The notes below the pieces were generated by a model. The model made no database searches and was not told where the DNA came from. It worked only from the letters and a program-made list of their open reading frames with translations. From Candidatus Alloenteromonas pullistercoris (GTDB lineage Bacteria > Bacillota_I > Bacilli_A > RFN20 > CAG-826): a stretch of DNA of 64,000 bases. Position 1 is the first letter of the stretch; each line of letters starts with the position of its first letter. The stretch lies in contig JADINA010000039.1 in NCBI GenBank assembly GCA_017694295.1, positions 22,957 through 86,956 of the forward strand, in the 5' to 3' direction. Position numbers and translations under genes: made by a program. Positions 37,582 through 46,619 of this stretch are shown here, in pieces.

Positions 37582-38528
37582 AAGGCAAGTTCTCCAAGTC
37601 GCTCATATTGCTTTGCCTGCCCCCGCTAAGCTGCCTTGGGGCTTTAGGCGTCGCGACCTACGCCTGGTTTTCCTCCTTCAGGTCGGCCGAGGCCAACGTC
37701 AACAGCATCCGCGTGGAGGCCCCCGGATTCGACGAATACGGCCTTTATTGCCTATCCATCAACAAACCCGCGGGAGCCGAGGTTTATTCCGGATACCCCG
37801 ATTACGCCTCCTTAGACGACGGCTCAAAGGCGAGCCGGATCTCGGGAAACGGCGACTTCATCGAGATAACCGATGGGTCGGAGGCCGCCTTGATGGAGGA
37901 TATGTTCCCCCTATCGTGCTTCACCTTCGCCTTGTTCTTAGGCGAATCCGACTTCACCTCGTTCCAAATCGGCATCGAAACCTCCTCCTCGCCTTCCGCC
38001 TCCAATTACGTTGAGGTCATAAGGGGCGGGCAAGCGACCTACGAAAGGGTCGTCCTCGCCGGGGCCATCGACGTCTATTCGAAAACCATCCCCCTAGCGG
38101 AGGGGGAATACGCCCCCGGGGCCTTGAATCTAAGCGAGTCGACCATCGCGAAGGTCAATTCCTTCATCACGACCGAGATGGGGGCGCTTGGAAGCTACCC
38201 CAACGTCACTAGGGAGGACCGCTTCGCCTTTAGCCAAAGCGAGGAGCAGGAGCCGGTTTCCTCTTCCCCCTACCGCCTTAATCGCGCCCTCACTGACGAC
38301 GTCATAACCCAAGGGGCCGATTATCTAGTCCTATTCACCGTCGAGTTCTCCGACCTGCCCTCGACCCACATGTCGCCTTTATCTAACGTCGAAGGCGGGA
38401 TCGAGGGAGCGTCTTATTGGCGTTATGACGAGTCCAGCAACCTTTCCACCGCCTATCAGGGGCTAAGCTTCGTTATTGATTCAGTTTCCGTCGTCGGCGG
38501 GTTTTTAAACGAAGGAGGCAGCATATGA
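37578..38528 (+). CDS. Secreted protein with SipW-type signal peptide
   Basis: Leader ends LGALGVATYAWF; ATGA overlap with the upstream gene. Confidence 0.75.
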   Translation: MKGKFSKSLILLCLPPLSCLGALGVATYAWFSSFRSAEANVNSIRVEAPGFDEYGLYCLSINKPAGAEVYSGYPDYASLDDGSKASRISGNGDFIEITDGSEAALMEDMFPLSCFTFALFLGESDFTSFQIGIETSSSPSASNYVEVIRGGQATYERVVLAGAIDVYSKTIPLAEGEYAPGALNLSESTIAKVNSFITTEMGALGSYPNVTREDRFAFSQSEEQEPVSSSPYRLNRALTDDVITQGADYLVLFTVEFSDLPSTHMSPLSNVEGGIEGASYWRYDESSNLSTAYQGLSFVIDSVSVVGGFLNEGGSI

Positions 38529-41476
38529 AAAGCAAAGATTGGCGCTTAAAAGCCATTTACATCGGGTTCGTCTCGCTTGGGATCGCCTATTTGGCCTCAT
38601 TGATCGGCTCTGGGGCGACCGGCATGGGATTGGCCCTTGCCATTTCCTCCTCCATCGCCCTTTTCCTCTTCCTTTCCCTTTGCGGGCTGCTTCTTCTTTA
38701 TAACGCGAAGAAAAGGGACGCCGAGGGGCGGATGAGGAAGGAGGTCATGGGCCAGCTCGACGATCTAAAGAAAGGGACGGCCAAGGTTTCGCCGCGCCGC
38801 TATGGCTTTTATGAGCTCGATTCCTTCCAAGAGGACATCAACTCCTTCATCGCCGCCTATTTAAGCTCCTCCCCCGATTCCGACGCCCCCTTGTATAAGG
38901 GCAAGCGCTACCTTTGCCCAAAAAGCGAATTCGAGGAGGCGATGCTCGAGGAGATAAAGCGAAACCGCAATTACCGCCAAGCCGTGCTCGCCATCGACAT
39001 ACTCGGCCCGGTAAACGAGCAGGCCAATGAAAAAGCCAAGGAAACCATCTTCGCCGCCTTCCCATACGCCATGCTCTCCTTAAGGGAGCCAAGGGGCTAT
39101 TACGCCTATATATACGACGCCGGCAGCGAATCCGAGTTCACCTCGCGGTGCCACCGCCTCCTTTCCGATTACGCCTACCAAAGCCAAGGGGGCGAGGAGG
39201 TTTCCTCCCTTCGCCTTGGCGGGGCCGTCTTCCCCCTTGTCCCGGCGGTCTCCCTCATCGATAGGGCCGAGAAAAGCCTGCAGGCGGAAGGGGATCTAAG
39301 CATCGATTCCGGGGACGGGGAGGCCTTTTTGCCCTCGCCGCGCTCCAACGAGGCGAGCCGGCGCAACATCAACCTCGCCAACTTCGAGAAGCTTTACCGC
39401 CAAACCCTGCTTTCCGATACAAGGGCGCGGCGCGAGCAGTCGATCTCCAAATCCCTCGCCTATTTCCTTGAAAGCGAGGGTTTCGACATCGGGGGGGCGC
39501 TTGAGTATTCCCGGCTTGACGAGAGCTATCGCGTCTATTGCGAGCAAAAGGCGAAAGGGTGCGCCTGCGCCTCGTTTTCCTCCTTTGGCAAATCGATTCC
39601 GGCCAGTTGGCTCGATCCGGCCTTTGAATGCGCCAAAGCCGACTTCCCCCTTTACATCCGCTACCTCAAAGACGCCCCCAAGCCGGTGATGGCCTTGATG
39701 CAGTCGCTTGGGGCCGAATCGGCTTTGCTCGCCCCGATTATCTGGGAAGGGCGCAAATACGGCTTCCTTTATCTCCTAAGCTCCCATTCGAAGGATTTGA
39801 CGCTCGAAGGCTTCGATAAGGCCCATAACCTCTATTCGATACTCTCCTCCTCCCTCATAGTCTCCCGCAACGTCGAGGAAGCGGGCGGGATGAGCAATCT
39901 GCTCGACCAGCTGGCCAAACGAAGCGACAAATACGTCTACTCCATCGACGAGAAGACGTTCCAGATAAAGGAATGCACCGCCAACCTCGAGAAGCGTTTA
40001 GGGGGGAAGGCGAAGGGCAGGCTATGCCACGAGGCCTTCTTCAATAGCCCCACCCCCTGCCTCAACTGCCCCATCCATTCCGGGACCAATAGCTGCATCA
40101 TCTCCTCCATCTCGCCCAAGGAATCGACGGTTTCCCTGGTCAGCAAAAGCAAATCGGGGCTGGCGACCCTCATCATCGAGCCGGCCCAGAAAGCCCCCTC
40201 GGGGTCCTCGCTCGTCGACAAGGCCCTCATCATCCCCTCGCCCAAGGGCTTCCGGGCCATGCTTTCGCGCGAGCTTATCGAGAAGGAGGGCTTCATCCTC
40301 GCCTTCCGGCTCCTCGATTCTGGGCAGAAGCTGCTTGACAACCCCGCCGAATCCAACTCGACCATCCTCCTGCAGGTGCTTGAGAACCTCCAGATCACCC
40401 CATATTACGCCGACGCCTACCGCCTTGACGACGTGACCATCGCCATTCGGCTTAGCGGGCTTACGACCAGAAGCGGCCTTTACAAGGCGGTGGAGACGAT
40501 CCAATCCGCCATAAGCGAGCCGATATCACTTGGCGGAGAGCCCTATACCCCCCATTACGCCTATTGCTCCGTCTCCTACCCAACCGAGGCCGGAAGCGGC
40601 GCCGACATGCTTTCCCTATTGAAGACCGAGCTTTCCCGCAGCGCTGAGTTCGGGGAAGGCTATTTGGCCGAGGTCGGGCGCAATAGCCTCCGCAAAGCTG
40701 GCAGAAGCGAGTATTTGATGGAGCTGCTTGAGGCGAGTTTGGAAAAAGACGCCGCAAGCTTCGGGCTCACCCCGATCGCCGAGACCTCGACCGGGAAGCC
40801 ACGTTATTATGAGGCATTCTTGACCCTACTTGACGAAAACCGGCTTATAAGCTCCTCGGAGCTGAATAGCCTTCTAAAAGACGAGAAGATGAGGCGTGAC
40901 CTCGATTTCTCCGTCCTCCGCGGGCTTGGGGCCCTTTATCGCGATTACGGCAAAGGCCTAATGAAGGCCAGCGGGGTCCATTGCTTCTATTACCGGATGA
41001 AAGCGTCAAGCTTCCTTGACCCCTCCTTTGGGGAATTGCTTGAAAGCCTATTCGCCACCTACCACTTCCACAAAGGGGGGTTGGGGCTTTTGTTCGAGGC
41101 CAAAGACCTCTTCTCCAGAGGCGGCTACGCCCAAGAAGCCATCAAGAAGGCGACGGAAATCGGGGCGAGGATCGGGGTTTACGACTTCGACGCCTCCTCC
41201 TCGGGGTCCGACTTCCCCTACGACGGGCTATCGCTATTCATCTATAGCTCCGGCTTCATCAAGGACACGATGAACTCCGAATCGACGGCTTTGCTTTTGC
41301 TCCAATCGCTAAACCGCATCGGGGTTTCCGGCGGCATGGCGGTCGCTAGCGGCATAATCGACGAGACCGCCCGTTACTACGCCGCCGAGATGGGCTTTAA
41401 GCTAGGCAAAGGCAAGCTTTACGGCTCCTCGCCCATTTCAAAGGAGCGCTTCATCGCCTCGCTTTCCTACAAATAG
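38525..41476 (+). CDS. Two-TM signalling protein with degenerate GGDEF, GAF/PAS-like, GGDEF and EAL domains
   Basis: Cyclase-like remnants (LAIDI, LGGAVFP, YRLDD, SYPTEA), GAF-like LLAPIIWEGRKYGFL, a CHEAFF...PCLNCP motif and EAL-like YEAFL. Confidence 0.65.
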   Translation: MKSKDWRLKAIYIGFVSLGIAYLASLIGSGATGMGLALAISSSIALFLFLSLCGLLLLYNAKKRDAEGRMRKEVMGQLDDLKKGTAKVSPRRYGFYELDSFQEDINSFIAAYLSSSPDSDAPLYKGKRYLCPKSEFEEAMLEEIKRNRNYRQAVLAIDILGPVNEQANEKAKETIFAAFPYAMLSLREPRGYYAYIYDAGSESEFTSRCHRLLSDYAYQSQGGEEVSSLRLGGAVFPLVPAVSLIDRAEKSLQAEGDLSIDSGDGEAFLPSPRSNEASRRNINLANFEKLYRQTLLSDTRARREQSISKSLAYFLESEGFDIGGALEYSRLDESYRVYCEQKAKGCACASFSSFGKSIPASWLDPAFECAKADFPLYIRYLKDAPKPVMALMQSLGAESALLAPIIWEGRKYGFLYLLSSHSKDLTLEGFDKAHNLYSILSSSLIVSRNVEEAGGMSNLLDQLAKRSDKYVYSIDEKTFQIKECTANLEKRLGGKAKGRLCHEAFFNSPTPCLNCPIHSGTNSCIISSISPKESTVSLVSKSKSGLATLIIEPAQKAPSGSSLVDKALIIPSPKGFRAMLSRELIEKEGFILAFRLLDSGQKLLDNPAESNSTILLQVLENLQITPYYADAYRLDDVTIAIRLSGLTTRSGLYKAVETIQSAISEPISLGGEPYTPHYAYCSVSYPTEAGSGADMLSLLKTELSRSAEFGEGYLAEVGRNSLRKAGRSEYLMELLEASLEKDAASFGLTPIAETSTGKPRYYEAFLTLLDENRLISSSELNSLLKDEKMRRDLDFSVLRGLGALYRDYGKGLMKASGVHCFYYRMKASSFLDPSFGELLESLFATYHFHKGGLGLLFEAKDLFSRGGYAQEAIKKATEIGARIGVYDFDASSSGSDFPYDGLSLFIYSSGFIKDTMNSESTALLLLQSLNRIGVSGGMAVASGIIDETARYYAAEMGFKLGKGKLYGSSPISKERFIASLSYK

Positions 41477-41510
41477 AAAAACCCCGGGGGGATAAGCCTT
41501 CCGGGGTTTT
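41477..41510. terminator. Bidirectional intrinsic terminator ending the filament locus
   Basis: AAAACCCCGG...CCGGGGTTTT between convergent genes. Confidence 0.8.
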
Positions 41511-41518
41511 CGCTTGCT

Positions 41519-41965
41519 TTAGCGGTAGACGATGACGGTCCCGTCTTCCTTGGCCTCGACGCGGTCGCCGGTTTTGACGTAGTCGAGGAATTCCTTCCCA
41601 AGTGAATCGACGCACACCATCTTCACCCCGTTCCAGGTGGTGGCGAGGATGATGCCGCTTGCGGCAAGAGGGTCGATGGGCTCGGCGAAAAGCCAGGCCG
41701 AAGGGGCGATCCCCCTGGCCGAGACGGTTTGGATGATCATCCCGCCGGTGGTCGAGCCGATGGTCATGGGCAGGCAAAGGGCCTTGCCGGTTATGTTCTT
41801 GCCAAAGAGGTCTTGGTTGTTCTGGTCGGAGACGATGACTTTTTTGCAGTGGCTGTTGAGGGCGCTTTTCTGGAAGGAGGCAAGGGTGTTGAACCCGCCT
41901 TTGGTGACGGCGGCCTCCCCGTCGAAATGCCCTGGCGCGATGACGCGTCCCTTGAATTCCCTCAT
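41519..41965 (-). CDS. Aconitase X small (swivelling) subunit, DUF126
   Basis: FKGRVIAPG..GEA, ITGKALCLP..GSTTG and a swivel-domain C-terminus; overlaps the large-subunit gene. Confidence 0.85.
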   Translation of the reverse strand: MREFKGRVIAPGHFDGEAAVTKGGFNTLASFQKSALNSHCKKVIVSDQNNQDLFGKNITGKALCLPMTIGSTTGGMIIQTVSARGIAPSAWLFAEPIDPLAASGIILATTWNGVKMVCVDSLGKEFLDYVKTGDRVEAKEDGTVIVYR

Positions 41966-43260
41966 TTTATCTTCTCCTTCCCGACGAGGATGTTGAGCAG
42001 CTCCTCGTCTTTGGCGTAGCGGGCGAAGGTGTAGGTCCTAAGCTTATTCGAGTTGGTGAGCAGCCGCTTGGCCCCGCAAAGGGGGTTATCGGCATACATC
42101 AGGGGGCAGATGCTCGCAAGATGGGCCCCGGAGGCCATTAAGCGGGCGTAGTGCTCGCTCTTCTTGAACTTCTCAACCACCTGGGGGGCGGCGGTGAGGA
42201 CGGTGTAGCAGGTGAGCTTCTTCCTCCCCGTCTCGGCTAATCCCCGCTCGAACTTCTCCGTCCAATCGCAAAGCTGCTTATAGGTAAGATGCGGGCAGCC
42301 GATGAAGGCGCGTTGGGGGGCCTTGTGCTTCTTCTTCCACATGATGGGGTAGGAACGGTAGACGCGCTCGATCTCCTCATCGTCGATGACGTATTCCTGA
42401 TAGCCTTCCTTCAATAGCTTTTCCCCAAGCTCCTTGGCCTCGGGGGTCAAATTCGCCACGTGGTAGAGGCCAACCGCCCCGTTGGAGGCGCTCGCGGCCC
42501 CCATGTCCTTCAAATAGGCGACGGTGTCCTCATCCGGAAGAGGCTTCAAGAAGCGATCGAGCCCCTCGATGTAGGGGACCTTCTCCATGACCTTCATGCC
42601 GATGGCGGACCCCAGTATCTGGGCCTCGGGGGTTTTGGTGGTCTTGACGATGACCCGGAAATCGGCTTTACGACCCTCTTGAGTCAAAAAGCCAAACTCC
42701 GGCACCATCCCAAGGATCGCCCCGAAAAGGTCGATGACCCCGGAATTGCGGTTGCATTTGGCCCCGAGGACCGAGTTGGCGTAAACGACGGCGCTTGATT
42801 CCGCCCAGGAGATGACGTCCCCTTTGCCAGGGATGTTGCCGACCTCTGGCAAATAGCAGGTGCAGGAAAAGGAGTCTTTGTCCTTAAGCCCAACCTTGGC
42901 GAGCATTCCCTCGTATTCCTTCTGCCTTCCGTAGATGATCTTGGTGAAGACGAGCTTCTCAAGCGGGTTGGCCGAGCAAGAGGCGAATTCCATCGGGCGG
43001 GGGTCGGCGGTGAAGCCGCCTTCGGCTTTAAGCCCGGCTTCGATCAATTCGTCCATAAGCGGGTAGATGGTCGTAAGCATCGAGATGCCGAAGCTCGTGA
43101 CCAAATGGCCGGTTTTGTAGGTAAGAGGCACCATCCGCTTGGCCCCGAAGACGTCGCCATAGCGGACCAATACCTCCATCATCTTGGCCTTCGTCTCCCC
43201 CTGCTTGCCGCTTAGGATGTCAAGCTGCTCGGGGGTGAGGGCCATCTTTGGTTGATACAT
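41962..43260 (-). CDS. Aconitase X catalytic subunit, DUF521
   Basis: Motifs SCTCY, WAESSAVVYANSVLGA, GAASASNGAVGLYHV..TPEA, IGCPH and TNSNK. Confidence 0.88.
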   Translation of the reverse strand: MYQPKMALTPEQLDILSGKQGETKAKMMEVLVRYGDVFGAKRMVPLTYKTGHLVTSFGISMLTTIYPLMDELIEAGLKAEGGFTADPRPMEFASCSANPLEKLVFTKIIYGRQKEYEGMLAKVGLKDKDSFSCTCYLPEVGNIPGKGDVISWAESSAVVYANSVLGAKCNRNSGVIDLFGAILGMVPEFGFLTQEGRKADFRVIVKTTKTPEAQILGSAIGMKVMEKVPYIEGLDRFLKPLPDEDTVAYLKDMGAASASNGAVGLYHVANLTPEAKELGEKLLKEGYQEYVIDDEEIERVYRSYPIMWKKKHKAPQRAFIGCPHLTYKQLCDWTEKFERGLAETGRKKLTCYTVLTAAPQVVEKFKKSEHYARLMASGAHLASICPLMYADNPLCGAKRLLTNSNKLRTYTFARYAKDEELLNILVGKEKIK

Positions 43261-43274
43261 GGCTTTTCCTTTCC

Positions 43275-43664
43275 TTAATTCGAATGCGTGGCGAGGTAGG
43301 ATAGCACGGCCGAGGCGGTCGCCTCGTTGGTGGCGAAGGGGATGTCGTAGACGGCGGCGATGCGCATAAGCGCCTTGACGTCGGGGTCATGGGGTTGGCT
43401 CGATAACGGGTCCCAAAAGAAGAAGACGGCGTCGATTTCCCTTTGGGCGATCGCCGCCCCGATTTGCTGATCCCCGCCCATCGGCCCGGAGAGGAAGCCC
43501 CTTACCTCCTGCCCGGTCGCCTCCTTGACGAGCTTGGCCGTATGGCCGGTGCCGACGAGCTCGAATAGGGAAAGGCGTTCCCTATGCGTTGAGGCCCATA
43601 TCGCCATCTGCGGCTTTTTGTTGTCGTGGGCGATAAGAGCCAAGACCTTGCGCCTGTTTTCCAT
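43275..43664 (-). CDS. mgsA: Methylglyoxal synthase
   Basis: Motifs ALIAHDNKK, SGPMGGDQQIGA and FFWDPLSSQPHDPDVKAL. Confidence 0.95.
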   Translation of the reverse strand: MENRRKVLALIAHDNKKPQMAIWASTHRERLSLFELVGTGHTAKLVKEATGQEVRGFLSGPMGGDQQIGAAIAQREIDAVFFFWDPLSSQPHDPDVKALMRIAAVYDIPFATNEATASAVLSYLATHSN

Positions 43665-43814
43665 GCTTTCCTCCTGCCTGCGATTAAAGTATATCGGGCT
43701 AGGGGCGCGCTTGAAATCGGAATTTATGAAAATATTTTCCTTCGGCTCAGTTTGACCTTTATTTTACATAGTGGTTTTTGCAAAAAATAATCAAGCGTTT
43801 ATCGGCACTTTTCG

Positions 43815-43854
43815 TGAAAGCGTTTTCTGAAAGCGCTCACTGAAAACGGTTTCA
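43815..43854. promoter_or_regulatory. Three tandem LacI/CcpA (cre)-like operators
   Basis: TGAAAGCGTTTTCT, TGAAAGCGCTCACT and TGAAAACGGTTTCA at a 13-bp period. Confidence 0.6.
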
Positions 43855-43951
43855 AAGCCGACCCCCCTTGTCATCTTCTCCGCTTGCTTTATATTGTTGC
43901 TGCTTCCCAAGAAGGGAGCAAAAGAAAAAAGGAAAGAAGGAGGTAAGCGAC

Positions 43952-44104
43952 ATGAAGCATGATTACACCGAATTGCTTGAGAAACTCGCTTCCCAAGGCG
44001 CCATGTTCGACGATTCTTACGACAAGGACATCCGACTGGCCTACGAAGCGCCGCGTTTCCCCGAGCTCTTGGTTTCCCCCATCGAGCTAAGCCGCGCGTT
44101 CTGA
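43952..44104 (+). CDS. Small 50-aa hypothetical protein
   Basis: Strong AGGAGGT RBS before ATG 43952; followed by a hairpin plus T-run at about 44125-44167. Confidence 0.6.
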   Translation: MKHDYTELLEKLASQGAMFDDSYDKDIRLAYEAPRFPELLVSPIELSRAF

Positions 44105-44211
44105 TTAGGACTTGCGATCACCCAATCCCCCAAAGGGCTTAACCCCAATGGGGGTTTTTCTTTTTTTGCTAACGCAAAAGAATGGGCCGATCCATCGTTT
44201 TGTTGCCTAAT

Positions 44212-44235
44212 CTGTATTATATGGACATAATATAG
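44212..44235. promoter_or_regulatory. Palindromic operator, probably YtrA-type autoregulation site
   Basis: CTGTATTAT-N6-ATAATATAG overlaps a TTGCCT-N17-CATAAT promoter immediately before the GntR gene. Confidence 0.55.
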
Positions 44236-44583
44236 ATGATGGAAAGCGGAGAACCGATCTACAAGCTCATCGCCACCCGGTATATGGAACTTATCGAGAA
44301 AGGGGCTTTCAAGAAGGGGGACAAATTGCCCTCGGTCAGGGAAAGCGCCCACCTTTATTCGTGCAACCCCATGACGGCGGCGAAAGCCTACGACGAGTTG
44401 GTGGAAAGGGGATACGTCCGCCCATTGCCCCGCTCCGGCTACATCGTCTTGCCCGCCTCTTCCTTTATGCAAAGGAAAAGCGAGCTTTCCAAAGCCGTCA
44501 GCAGGCTTTTGGCCGATGGATGGGAGGGGAAAGAGATAATCGAGGAGGTTTCGCGCCAATGCAAATCGAAATCGAAAAGCTAA
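44236..44583 (+). CDS. GntR family regulator (YtrA subfamily)
   Basis: Motifs PIYKLI, GDKLPSVRE and NPMTAAKAYDEL; short C-terminal domain; precedes an ABC ATPase. Confidence 0.9.
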   Translation: MMESGEPIYKLIATRYMELIEKGAFKKGDKLPSVRESAHLYSCNPMTAAKAYDELVERGYVRPLPRSGYIVLPASSFMQRKSELSKAVSRLLADGWEGKEIIEEVSRQCKSKSKS

Positions 44584-45449
44584 GCAAAAGCTATGACGGC
44601 CGCGCCAAGGCCATCGACGGGCTAAGCGTCCGCATCAACCCCGGGATCACCGCCTTGGTCGGGGAAAACGGGGCTGGCAAATCGACGTTGCTCAGGCTCA
44701 TCGCCGGGGTCATCGACCCCGATGAGGGGGAGGTTATCCTTGGCGATTGCCCATCAAAAGAGAAGAAGACGTCGGTTTTTTTCCTCCCCGACGACCCCTT
44801 CGGCCCGGTTGGCTCCACCATCCGGTCGATGAGGCGGCTTTACGACAACTTCTATTTCTTCGACGAATCTATCTTCAATTCGTGCATCGCCCATTTCTCG
44901 CTTCCGCTTGATAAGCGTCTCACGAGCTTCTCCAAGGGCATGAGGCGGCAAGCCTATCTTAGCCTTGCCCTCTCTTGTTCCGCCCCCATCTTGCTTCTAG
45001 ACGAGGCTTTTGACGGGCTCGACCCTTTGTCGCTAAGCTTCATAAAAGACCGCCTAATCGATTTAGACCCAGGCAAGATCGTCTTAATCGCCTCGCATAA
45101 CACCGAGGCCATAAAATCCATCGCCGAGCGCTTCCTATTGCTTTATAAGGGGAAACTAGGCGAGGACAAGGGGACGGGCGACCTTGGGAAGAACCTCGTA
45201 AAATACCAGGCGATATTCTCCGCAATAGTGAAAAAAGAGGACCTCGAGGCCTATGGGCTTGACGTCATCATGTTCAACAAACTTGGCTCGATCACCAGCT
45301 TCGTCGCGGTTGAGGATGAAGCGGCTTTGGAAAAAATGAAGGAAGGGCTCCATCCAAGCCTATGCGAAGCCGTCGCCATGAGCGAGTCCGAGGCTTTGTC
45401 GGCCGAGCTTTCCTTGGCCAAGAAGAAAGGGGGAAACGAAAATGAATGA
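44559..45449 (+). CDS. ABC transporter ATP-binding protein
   Basis: Motifs GENGAGKS, FSKGM, LLLDEAFDGLD and SH. Start ATG 44559 follows GGAGG. Confidence 0.9.
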   Translation: MQIEIEKLSKSYDGRAKAIDGLSVRINPGITALVGENGAGKSTLLRLIAGVIDPDEGEVILGDCPSKEKKTSVFFLPDDPFGPVGSTIRSMRRLYDNFYFFDESIFNSCIAHFSLPLDKRLTSFSKGMRRQAYLSLALSCSAPILLLDEAFDGLDPLSLSFIKDRLIDLDPGKIVLIASHNTEAIKSIAERFLLLYKGKLGEDKGTGDLGKNLVKYQAIFSAIVKKEDLEAYGLDVIMFNKLGSITSFVAVEDEAALEKMKEGLHPSLCEAVAMSESEALSAELSLAKKKGGNENE

Positions 45450-46554
45450 GCAAAGGAGTAGGCGGGTCAACCTCGGCTACGCCAAGCAGACCGCGCTTTC
45501 CTTCCTCCCCTCCCTTTGCCTTTGCCTCGGCCTTTTCCTCTTCGTCCCGATCGTGGCCTTGCTTGGCAACGGCATCCCTTCGTTTAGCGACCCCTCCTTG
45601 CAGCCGCCTTCCTACTTGATGCATCCGGTAAGCTATGTCGCTGAGCTTAGCGTCCCCGCCTTTGGGCTATCCGCCCTTTTGCCTTTCCTCGCCGAATCAT
45701 ACCGCTACTCCAGGAAAGGGGCCGATTGCTTTTATTCGCTTCCCTTAAAAAGAAGGGCGCTTACCTGCTATCGCCACCTAACGATGGCCATTGGGCTGCT
45801 TCTTGCCTTTTCCCTCGCCTTTTGGCTCTTCGTCTTGATCTATTTCATCGCCGAAACTAGCACCCAAGGTCTCCATGGCGTCCCCAATTATTCCTATTAC
45901 GTCGGGCTTTATGCCTTGTCGCTGCCGCTTCTATTGCTCCAATACGGGATCTCGGGGGCGATTGCCAAAAGCTGTTGCTCCTGGCTTTCCGCTCTAATTT
46001 CCTACTTCACGATAATCGGGACCTCGCTTGGTGCGTATTACCTGCTCATCGTTTTGCCCTTCCTTGATAATATCAACACTTCCGGCCCCTACTCGATGAT
46101 GGCCAACTACATCATCATGGGCCTTAGCCCCGCCACCCCCTGCTCGCTGCTAGTCAACGTATTCAACAGCCGGATAGAGGGAACCTCGGCGGTGTCGTTT
46201 GCCCTAGGCGATTATCTTTCCCTATCCATCTACCTCCTTGCGGGGATCGCCGCCCTCGCTTACCTCTTCCTCGGGAAAGGGAAATCGGGGGAGCGAGCCG
46301 GCGTGCCCTCCGACGCCGATTCGCCGCTACTGCGGCTTGGGCCAAGTTATCTTGGCTTCGTCTTGACTGCCTTCTTAACAAGCGAAGGCGAGTTCTACAT
46401 CCTCTTCCTCATCGTCTTCGTCTTCGGCATGCAATACATCGCCTACGCCATATCCGAGAAGACGTTTAGGATATCACGCTTTGCCTGGATCGCCATCGCT
46501 GCCTCGATGGGTTTGGGCCTCATCTACGGGATGCCGATTGGGTTAACAAACTAA
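45442..46554 (+). CDS. ABC transporter permease
   Basis: Multi-pass protein with D-x-FYSLPLKR; follows the ATPase gene. Confidence 0.75.
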   Translation: MNEQRSRRVNLGYAKQTALSFLPSLCLCLGLFLFVPIVALLGNGIPSFSDPSLQPPSYLMHPVSYVAELSVPAFGLSALLPFLAESYRYSRKGADCFYSLPLKRRALTCYRHLTMAIGLLLAFSLAFWLFVLIYFIAETSTQGLHGVPNYSYYVGLYALSLPLLLLQYGISGAIAKSCCSWLSALISYFTIIGTSLGAYYLLIVLPFLDNINTSGPYSMMANYIIMGLSPATPCSLLVNVFNSRIEGTSAVSFALGDYLSLSIYLLAGIAALAYLFLGKGKSGERAGVPSDADSPLLRLGPSYLGFVLTAFLTSEGEFYILFLIVFVFGMQYIAYAISEKTFRISRFAWIAIAASMGLGLIYGMPIGLTN

Positions 46555-46619
46555 AAGGCCGCAACTCGGCTTTCGCTTTGTAAGGCTAAGGGGTAGAATA
46601 GCGTCTCGGAGGAAAATAT

